A stretch of 64,000 nt of DNA. It comes from Eledone cirrhosa (Eukaryota). The stretch is from the NCBI GenBank assembly GCA_964016885.1, contig OZ024740.1:269824001-269888000 (forward strand), written 5' to 3'. Numbering within the stretch: position 1 is the first letter of the stretch; each line of letters starts with the position of its first letter. Position numbers and translations under genes: made by a program. The notes beneath the pieces are model-generated. The model worked only from the letters and a program-made list of their open reading frames with translations, ran no database searches and was not told the origin of the DNA. This document shows, in pieces, positions 54,117 to 64,000 of this stretch.

Positions 54117-56357
54117 ACAAGCTTTATGCTGGGAGACTATATAAATCAGCAACTTTTATAAAGAGGAAGTTAATTTTTTATGACTGAAGATTATGAATGT
54201 CAAGAAAGTTTTCAACAATGAACATTCAATATGGCATATACCATGTAAACTCTGAAGCTTTTCCGAAATCTTGGAAAACTGTACAACATATCGCAATCAT
54301 AATGAGACTTAGTAATGGCAGAGTGATATAAGATGTTGTTCTAAAGAAGAACCATCTTATGTAAACATAAAAGAACCATGGAAGGTGAAATCGATATGAG
54401 ACTAGCTTGCTATATTACGATCAGATAGTGAGTTTCTGGATAGGTAGAATTGCTAAAGCGTCGGCAAAAATGATTTTCAATATTTCATTACCTCCAGCTA
54501 TTGACGTTCGGTTTCCTAAACCCATCATGGTCAAAGTTGTCTTTCATCTTTCTGTGGTAAACGAAATAAAACACCAACGAAGCTGCAACTGACGAAAACA
54601 AACTTCTGCAAGTATGGTTTGAAAACAGAATCTGAAATTTCAGGATTGACTCTCTAAACCTACTGAACGAGCCTGACTAAAAATCATGGAGTAGTAATGC
54701 TTCACCCATCTGCAAAATGTTTTCAATCTGCAAAAATAATTTCAATAACATGGATTCATAATTAAATAAACATCATAACTATTGCAATGCAAGCCTATGA
54801 AAGAAAATAATATTGTTAACGACAACTCTTCGTTGACATTTAATTATCTACAAACTACATTTTTCGACAAAAGGACAAGTATCACATATACACCTAAACT
54901 GCCATTAACGTTAGCTATTATGTCAAAAATGCGTTGTGGAAAATATTACATATTCTTATTAGGTGCTTCAAAATGTAATCGAATTTACTTGGTGCTATTA
55001 GTCTTTGGAATGCCTGGATTCAATATCAAAATGATACTTATCTGACGTTAAGTACATCTACTCTCTTCAATTTAAGGAAAAGTCCAATAAAATATTTTTA
55101 CAAATAAAAATGCAAAAGAGTTTACAATTCAAGGATGGAATTTATGTATATGAGATAAACCAGTGCGGTTTTGTAAGTTCTTAAATTACAATAACTAGGT
55201 CAAACGTGAATGTTACCAAATTGAGGCGGGAACGTTAGTTGGAGGTGGATGAAGTCGACAAAAAGAAATGGTATCTTTCAAACTTGTATAAGCGTCTGAA
55301 GATTAAGTCACAATTTGATCCCGCTTCTATTCTGGAGATATGGTCAATATTTGGCCATGAAACCTTAAGTAACACGTTTGTTCTGTGTATAAACATGAAT
55401 AACTTCTTATAATTATATTAAGTTATATTATTACGTGATAATTGCATTTCAATGAAAGCAAATGTCATGGCTGTTTTCTTTGTTTAATACAGGTCCTTCA
55501 CATACAAAGTAATCTTACTTATCAATTCGAATTGTTTTATTAGGTTTTATTGTTTTATTGAATGGCATGTAAGTTGTAGTTTATGGAATATTTCCAACTT
55601 TCTGAGTTACCACGTATTTAGAATAAACTATTCATCTTTTTTAGTCTGCATGATGACTAGTAAGGGAAGTATGCATATGTTTCTATCACCACTTCATGCT
55701 AGTTATAACATATTTTTTCCCACAGTAGACATGACAAGAAAATAGAATAAAAAGCTATAGGAAAGAGCTTGTATTACTAAATACACTGTAGAGAATAAAC
55801 CCGCAGTATCATAAAACCGGCTCAGAGTTCTTACAAAAATGTCTGACAGAAAACAGTTTTATATTTGAAAAATAATTGAGGAAGCTTACAAAACACAATT
55901 CTAATAATAGTATGCATATCATCACTTTTTTATTAGAGGATTTCATTACAAATTATAAAAAAGAATTTAGTCAATACATTAAAATATTTCTGAAGAAATA
56001 CGAACATTTTAGAGCTCTGCTGTCAGAAACCCACTACTACTTAAAAGAAATTCATTGCTCATTCAATTTATGGCTTTGAACATAAATCGAACCTCGATTT
56101 CTTTCAGATGGTCGAACTATATGTCTGAAAATATCAAATGAAAGTTTCAGAACAGTTTCACTACATTCCAACGCTTTACAGATAGGTCTATGACACCACT
56201 ATTGTGCCATTAATTATCAACTGCGTGAGATTTTGAAATAACGACGGAAATTCTATTAAGAATTTAACTATTAAATCATAGAATTATTTTCAATATTTAG
56301 AATGAAGAAATTTTGGTTTTGAATATTCGTAAAGTCTATGATATATATATACATACA

Positions 56358-56420
<63 letters not shown>

Positions 56421-56430
56421 ATTTGTGTGT

Positions 56431-56511
56431 ATAGAGGGTGCCCCCAAAAATTGTATATACATTTCAATTGCATTCTAATATAAGTGTGTCTGTATTTTTT
56501 GGGACGCCTGT
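56431..56511. mobile_element. ~80 bp Tc1/mariner-type MITE (second copy 56808-56885)
   Basis: TIR-like TA(C/G)AGGGTGCCCC..AAAA / TTTTTGGGACGCCTGTA with TA ends. Confidence 0.6.
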
Positions 56512-56519
56512 ATATATAA

Positions 56520-56724
56520 ATAACAAAGGAATTGTGGTAAGGAACCAGATGGACCATAACGCACCAGAGTATTCAATACTTAGGGTAGTAGAATGGGAAA
56601 TAGGAAAAAGTGTGACCCCGACGGCAGAGCTCAAGCCGTTTCGACGGCTATTTCTGGACTCAGAGTGCAGAAATAGCCGTCGAAACGGCTTGAGCTCTGC
56701 CGTCGGGGTCATATCTTTTCCTAT
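56520..56724 (-). mobile_element. Fold-back family H1, short form
   Basis: Arms 56600-56724 around spacer GACTCAGAGTG. Confidence 0.85.
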
Positions 56725-56942
56725 ATATATGTATGTGTGTGTGTGTGTGCGTGTGTGTATGTGTGTGTGTGTGTGTGTGTGCGTGTGTGTGTGTGTATGT
56801 GTGTGTATACAGGGTGCCCCCCAAAATGTATATACATTTCAATTGCATTCTAATAAAAGTGTGTCTGTATTTTTTAGGACGCCTCTTTGGATTTTAGTCT
56901 TCAAATTTATTATTATTACTATATATATATATATATATATAT

Positions 56943-57141
56943 ATAACAAAGGAATTATGGTAAGGAACCAGATGGACCATAACGCACCAGAGTACTCAAT
57001 ACTTAGGGTAGAGTGGGAAATAGGAAAAAGTATGACCACGACGGCAGAGCTCAAGCCGTTTCGATGGCTATTTCTGGACTCAGAGTGCAGAAATAGCCGT
57101 CGAAACGGCTTGAGCTCTGCCGTCGGGGTCATACCTTTTCC

Positions 57142-57144
<3 letters not shown>
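56943..57144 (-). mobile_element. Fold-back family H1, short form (tandem duplicate)
   Basis: Same spacer and flanks as 56520-56724. Confidence 0.85.
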
Positions 57145-57189
<45 letters not shown>

Positions 57190-57789
57190 CGTGTGTGTGT
57201 CTGTCTGTCTGTCTGTCTGTGTGTGTGCCTGTGTGTGTCTGTGTGTGTATGTGTGTGTGTATGTGTGTTATCGATTAAAACATATGTAAAATGTATAACA
57301 ACAAAGGTAAAAGCATTTATAATAAATGCTGCTGAGATATAAATATTAATAATGTTTTTATCTGAATACCACGATTACAACAAAAAGTTTGTATGTGTTT
57401 ACTTTGTTTCTACAGATATTTAGTTTTGAAATATGTCTGAAGAAATTAGCCGTTTAATTTAAGGAAACAACTATTGAAAACTATTAAAATGTTTTTCATG
57501 ATTTTGATTCAGCTTGAGAGAGTTAGCATCCGATACGAATTTGATATGTTAATATTATTTCAGGAATCCTTGTACAAATAAATATATACGCATTATACAT
57601 CGTTCTTCATACAGATAGAATAATTATGGTTTTATGTGAAATATTAGATATACATATTTTCTAAAGGGAACAAAATCTAATAAGACAAATGTGTTTAAAA
57701 GTACATTTGTAACTATTAGCCTTTCCTTTTTCAGGATAAATATTGCCAAATAAGTCGTACATATTCAATTTTGAAACCGTCGTGAATCC

Positions 57790-58107
57790 TTGGCAAATGA
57801 CTTAGATGTTAGAGCGTTGGGCTGGCAACCGTAACGTTATTAGATCGGTTTTCAGACCGGGTGATACGTTGTGTTCTTGAGCAGGACACTTTATTTCACG
57901 TTGCTCCAGTTTACTCAGCTGTAGAAACGCGTTGCGACGTCACTGGTGCCAAGCTGTATCGGCATTTGCCTTTCCATTGGAAAGGAGAGACTGGTATGCA
58001 TGGACGACTGCTGCTCTTCCACAAACAGACTTGCCCGGACTTGCCCCTCGGAGGAGAGCTTTCACGCTAAAAATCCAATTGTCATTCATGACCGAATGGG
58101 ATTTTAC

Positions 58108-58110
<3 letters not shown>
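57790..58110 (+). mobile_element. Old CORE-type SINE (S2-related)
   Basis: TTGTGTTCTTGAGCAGGACACTTTATTTCACGTTGCTCCAGTTTACTCAGCTG. Confidence 0.65.
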
Positions 58111-58151
<41 letters not shown>

Positions 58152-58412
58152 GGAAAAAATGAAACGAAATTTCATTTCCAACTCTTAGTACGGCTGTTAC
58201 TTAAATATAAGTATGTACACGTACATACATATATGTATACAGACGTACAGTAGTATGTATATATATATACATACATGCACACCTATATATATGCACGTAT
58301 GGATTCATCGAACATTTATTATAATGCTCGGTGTGTTTGTAAACAAACATCCCGTATTAAGCCGTAGTGTCTAGCAACCATCGTTACTCGTTTGTTCAAC
58401 ACTGACAAAGGA

Positions 58413-58455
58413 ACGCTGTACTAGTTTCAAGCTTATTAGCTATCGTCAGCAACGT
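58413..58455 (-). ncRNA. Minimal type I hammerhead ribozyme, intact core, palindromic stem III
   Basis: ACGTTG-CTGACGA-T AGCT AATA AGCT T-GAAA-CTAG-TA|CAGCGT. Confidence 0.8.
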
Positions 58456-60378
58456 ATACCTTTTTGCCATATATATATATATATATTCAAATAGTTGAAT
58501 GTTGAGTTTTACATTACATGAGAATACATGTTTTCTCTTAATCTAAATTTCATAAGTGAATGTCATCAGTTAGGAGTCTGACTAATGTAAACACAGGTCT
58601 GATTTAGATTAAATATATTTAGTTGGCTAACATTTTATTTGCTGAAAATATTAACAGAAATACATATATTCATATATTTAAACAAAGTGTAAACATAAGC
58701 ATATTAGACGCCTTTTAAAAGATTATTTTTGTCATACTCTATCTATCCCCATATATGCCTAAATCCAGAGAGCCTCCACTGGTACGTTGATCTGCCAGGA
58801 TTAGAACACCCTACTTTCATAAAAAAAAGTACACACTGATTAATATAGTACTAAATATAATATGTTTGAAAAATTGTTATTTGAATTTAAATCTATAAAA
58901 TTCTATTTGGTGACTCATATCTGTAAGATTTCCAAGGAAGAACCTGGCTATAGGTGCTATGATATAAATTATTCTTCGGGTGCCATTGTGTGGAGCAGTG
59001 TCATTTTATTTAAATAATATTGTAACCTCAAGCGGTATGATTCATGTGGTTGACACCAACATTGCATAAATATATAAACATTCATTTATGGAATGTTTTT
59101 TCCAGAGATATTACTATTTCACATATTAATAATATTTTAGGAACTGTCAACTGGATTAAGATAAGAGAATGATTTGCGTACTGAAAGCAATGTATGGAAT
59201 TGCCCACAAATCAAATATCGATTTCTTTTCGAAATATATATAGAATTTCCCTCATTTCTAGATGGACATTCTATATGACCGAGAAAATATAATGAAAAAT
59301 GCAAAGAAATATTTGACAATATAATAGCCGACAATATTTGAAGGTGAATGTATTTGATTAGTCGAGATTCTCAAAGAGAGACTTGATCTTTTGACTCATC
59401 TGATTACTAGGTAATGATAGAGTGATAGTTTAGCAACAATAAGCATATAACATTTATTACATGTTATACATCGTTACTAAATACATAAACACAACTATAC
59501 GCAACAGCTTTTTGTAATTAATACTTTACATATTGTGCATATTGTAAAAATATAACGGCCTCTTGACTAGACAGAGGAAATTGGTATTTGTTTTGTTTAG
59601 AGTGTATTGGATTCAGCCCTGTATACTGTTTACTGTGAGCACTCATATGCATATAGTATATTCCCAAATGTTTAGGTGGATTCAGTCGATTACATTTCAG
59701 TCACAACCTATATTACTCTTAATTAATTACTAAATGTTATGGTATTTTATTTTTATTTGTCGATTTCTCACCCTTCACATATAAGTTTCTAAATTTATGC
59801 TTGCAGGTTTCATATCAGCTAAAATCAATGTTACTTTGCATTGTAGCTTTTATATTTATGGATTGAAAAAACCCAAGTGTTCAATAAAATATTCTAAATT
59901 TATTCCCACAATAATTGTGTAAATTTTTCATTGGATATTGATTTATATTTTTAAGAGGAAAGTTTAGATGTACTATACTTGTTATGTTGATTAGTAACTC
60001 TATAATTACGTTATCTATGTTTAACTATGTCACGGTATCCATATTTTCTTGTTCAGCCACGAAATGACAATGAGACTTACCTCCTAAAGAATACTATCTT
60101 TATCTGAATGTACTATCAGATGTGCGTATATAACTTTATCATTTTTACTCTCATACTAAAATGGAGTTTAGATGTATCTGCAAAGAAATTATGGAAAGCG
60201 TATATTGTTAGTGTTTTCTGAAGTTACTGATACATTATAATCATTAGATTTCATAAATAAATATTTCCCTTAAGGCTGAAATATGATTTGTGATTTATGT
60301 ACATAGATACAACATTGACCATATTAGTTTTTAAACCGGCGTAGACATATACACAGACACGCGCATAAAAACATAGAG

Positions 60379-60464
<86 letters not shown>

Positions 60465-60649
60465 CGTTTCTGAATTTGTTTAGCAAGATTCTTTATCTGA
60501 AAACGTGTGTTGAAACCGATATTGTTATACTTTGGGAGGGTCAAGCTGCCGATAAGAAACACACGCACCAGTTGCTTTCAGTTCAATTTATTATAAATTT
60601 CCGGTTGGTTGGTTGTTTGGTTCCACAACCGGACAGTTGTTCATATAGT

Positions 60650-60692
60650 GTCAAAGTTCCTTCGTCACATATTCTGTGACCTCTTCAGTGAC
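60650..60692 (-). ncRNA. Hammerhead motif in the PLE 3' region (GAAG for GAAA)
   Basis: GTCA-CTGAAGA-G-GTCACA GAATA TGTGAC-GAAG-GAAC-TT-TGAC; positionally equivalent to 25005-25048. Confidence 0.7.
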
Positions 60693-61333
60693 TGGGGATT
60701 CTTTTCTTTGTTTTGTGCCTCTTCTTTGCTCTGTCCTACGCCATCTTGTTTTTGTGTGTGTTGTGTGCTTAGTTTGCGCATGTCTTACATCCGGGTGTCT
60801 GTGTGTGTTTATATTTTTATTTTTATTTTTATTTGTTTATTTATTTGTTTATTTATATGTTACTAGTTAGTTGTTTGTTCTATGTGTGTGTGTTTTCATT
60901 TTGTTCTTAATTGTAAGTTGTGATGTTGCTATTCTATTCATGTTTTCTATTTAATTTGGTTGGAGTTCATTTATCTTTATTGCCTCTGTGATTTGTGACA
61001 TTGCGTCTTTTCTGTGTGTAGATTCTATTTTTATTTCTATGTTCTCTAATTCGCCCTTATGTACTATTTTAGCATGTTGATGGAGCCAGTGTTCATTTAA
61101 TCGTTCTCCTTTGCTACGAGCTATCTCACCTACGTACATTATATTCTTATCTTTACATTGTCCCTCAGTACATCTTATGCTATATACTACGTTTCTAGTT
61201 TTACAGTTAATATGGGGTCTTAGTTTACAGATTATGCATTTCCTATCTATACAGGGGGGTCTTTGAAAACGGTATGTATTACTAATAAGTGTTTTTATGG
61301 AGGTACCTGATCTTTCCACTATCTTAAAATTTA

Positions 61334-61496
61334 GGTCGGACGCCATGCTTTCCAGCATAGTTACGTCCCTTTACAATCTGAGTTCAAATCCCGCCGAGGT
61401 TGACTTTGCCTTTCATCCTTACGGGGCCGATAAAATAAAGTACCAGTAATGCACTGGCTATTTGCTGGCCTTGTGCCTAAAGTAGAAATAATTATT
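61334..61496 (+). mobile_element. S1 SINE inside the PLE
   Basis: Consensus match, 5'-truncated. Confidence 0.85.
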
Positions 61497-62336
61497 TACC
61501 ATGGTTCTGGCTCCTCTATATACTCTGATTTTATCTCTCAGATTGTAACCAGAGAATTGCATACGGTGGATGAAGTGTTGTATGTGTCTCTCTAGTTCTT
61601 TAGGGTTGCACATGCGGGACACGTTCCTCATCACCCTTACGCAATCAGTATGTTGATTTTGGTGTGATACGAAACAGTTGAGTTTCGGTGGATCAAGTAT
61701 TTGGAAGTCATCGGTTTGGCATAATGGGAATGGAGGATTTGGTTTTTGTTATTAATGGTTTCTAACCAGAGCTCTGTGTCTAGTACAGGTAATTGATGGT
61801 TGGGGTGTTTGCTTGGGTAGTCTATAGTAACTTTGATATTCTGATGGATGGAGTTAGCTATTTGCTGGATGCTTTCCATGGTGGTTTTCTCTAATTCCTG
61901 ACTGTTCTCTAGTGGGGTGTTTTTACTACGATGTTTATATCATCAACTTAGCGGGAGTACATAATCAGGGTTAAGAGATTGTTATCTTCTAATAGTTCTT
62001 TAAGTTTATTGTCCCACTAAACCATAAATAGGTTAGCTATGTCAACTGCAATGCTAACACCAATGGCTGCTCCCTCCTCTTGGGCATATGTTTTTCCATT
62101 GAATTTGAAAATATGTTCCATAGGGGTTAGTTTTATACTGGCCCCGACCGCATGTGCAATCATTTTCTTTAGTTCATCATGGTTTTCGGGGGTCCGTATG
62201 GCTCTGGTCCACCCGTTCCATCTTTCAGTGTGGGTTTTCTTGGCCATTGAAGTAATGGTAGGTGGTCTGCCTCTTGCTAGCCTTGTGGGGCAGAGGTTGC
62301 TAAGGTAATACGTATCTAGGTAATCATTATTATATG

Positions 62337-62455
62337 TGAGTTCAAATCCCGCCGAGGTTGACTTTGCCTTTCATCCTTACGGGGTCGATAAAATAAAGTA
62401 CCAGTAATGCACTGGGTAATTGCTGGCCTTGTGCCTAAAGTAGAAACAATTATTA
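62337..62455 (+). mobile_element. 5'-truncated S1 SINE inside the PLE RT
   Basis: TSD ATTATTATATGTGAGTT. Confidence 0.85.
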
Positions 62456-63350
62456 TATGTGAGTTTATGTAGGAGTCCCAGCTTACTGGTATCAATCCCA
62501 CGGAATTCAAAATTGCTCTCACTGATCATTTCCACGCATTTCTCCACAGCAAAATCCACGTCAATGGATGGGTATAGGGACACTACATCCATACTACCTA
62601 TTATACAGTCTGTTAGGTCCCTGGACAGGTTATTTTCGCTGATTCTGCTGAGGAGGTAATCCGTGCTGTCACATATATCCGGGGAAATTTCAATGATGGG
62701 GCGTACGATCAGGGAGAGGAAATAGGAAAGTCTGTGGTTGCTAGCAATGTTAGCTCGACAGACTGGCCGTGTTGATGGTCCGGTGACTGCGTCACTGTTC
62801 ATCTTATGGTCTTTTCGAAGCCCATACAACGCTGGCACGTCATTCTTCCAGGCCTGAAAGTTGTTGGCAGTCCGTTTATTGAGCTGCATTGTTTGTCCAC
62901 ATCATCATATGAGCGTTGATGGTTTTCTCCCTATCCTCATGCTCTTATGGTATTACTTCTCTTGTGTTAGAGATTGCATGGCCTTGATGTAGTTTGACAG
63001 ACTGTCAACCGACATTCTGCCAGACATGTCTGTTGGAAAGCATGCGATCTCTCCATTACCTGAGCGCTGCATGAGCTTACGCAAGCCATTTGCGGATTTT
63101 TCTCCCAGTTGCTGGTCCTTCATTCTATTGTGTTTATTGCTATACTGTTCTAAAATATTTCTAAGTTTAGATCTAGCTATATTAAATTGTACTCCTGTTT
63201 GTTCATTGACCTGCGACGGCGATTGCGTGCTTTTGTTAAAAGCTAAAGTCGTGGCGTGGACTCGTCGTAGATCGAAGGACATATCAGAAGGGATATAAAA
63301 AGTGGAATTCCAGATTGCGTTGTTGTTCTATTGCTATGACCCTCCCAAAG

Positions 63351-63397
<47 letters not shown>

Positions 63398-63577
63398 CAA
63401 GGAATGCAAAAACATGGCATTAATTATATGTACTCTCTCATAGATATTCCATTATTGCTTTAGAAATATGTAACACCATTAAAAGGTAAAGTTCAAAAGT
63501 CAATTTTGGATCATCGGTGACATAACATCTTTATTTCTGTTATAGTAATACATACATACATACATACATACATACAT

Positions 63578-63665
<88 letters not shown>

Positions 63666-63668
<3 letters not shown>

Positions 63669-63854
63669 ACGAAGGAAATGTGGTAAGGAACCAGGTGGAC
63701 CATAACGCACCAAAGTACTCAATACTTGAGGTAGTAGAGTGGGTAATAGGAACCAGTAAGACCCCGACAGCTGAGATCAAGCCGTTTCAACGGCTAATTG
63801 AGTCCAGAATTAGCCGTCGAAACGGCTTGAGCTCAGCTGTCGGGGTCTTACTGG

Positions 63855-63858
<4 letters not shown>
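63666..63858 (-). mobile_element. Fold-back family H1, short form
   Basis: Arms 63746-63858 plus shared tail; (TA)n flanks. Confidence 0.85.
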
Positions 63859-63891
<33 letters not shown>

Positions 63892-63892
<1 letters not shown>

Positions 63893-63992
63893 TTAAAATA
63901 ACAGATTAAAGTTTAAGCAAAGAATCTTTAAGCAAAGAATTATTGGGCCCGTTAAGGATTCTTTGCTTAAACTTTAATCTGTTATTTTAATA
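63892..63992. repeat. Short inverted repeat made of Helitron type C internal sequence
   Basis: ATTAAAATAACAGATTAAAGTTTAAGCAAAGAATC and its reverse complement; matches 13368-13400. Confidence 0.7.
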
Positions 63993-64000
63993 AATATTTG

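Larger units (their letters stand above)
60470..63352 (-). mobile_element. Penelope-like element (RT + Cys-rich linker + GIY-YIG; Neptune-like layout), interrupted by two S1 SINEs, bounded by (TA)n
   Basis: PALYGLRKDHK..RPVC; GSMDVVSLYPSID; FKFNGKTYAQEEGAAIG; PCIDRKCIICK; NVVYSIRC..MYVGEIARSKGERLNEH..EAIKINELQPN. Confidence 0.9.

Noticed and set aside
53660-56230. Short coding-looking stretches after AG acceptors (53667, 55240, 55730)
   Set aside because: All frames close quickly, with no recognisable motif or consistent exon chain

Overview
AT-rich, repeat-saturated animal genomic DNA. The SINE families and the (TA)n/(CA)n/(TATG)n density suggest an octopod cephalopod (inference). No intact host gene is recognisable, and most ORF-track entries are microsatellite artefacts. 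Recognisable elements: decayed non-LTR retrotransposons (two R4/Dong-type, three Tx1/L1-type, several RTE), at least five Penelope-like element (PLE) remnants, about 20 tRNA-derived SINE copies, non-autonomous Helitrons including a head-to-tail array, and small Tc1/mariner-type MITEs. The most notable signal is about 12 loci with type I hammerhead-ribozyme (HHR) motifs from several unrelated families. Many lie in 100-850 bp fold-back palindromes inserted in (TA)n tracts. In one family, copy-specific variants are mirrored in both arms and the turn-around point falls inside the ribozyme's own stem II. This suggests snap-back synthesis at insertion generates hairpin DNA elements. All motifs were folded and translated by eye; coordinates are approximate to a few bp.
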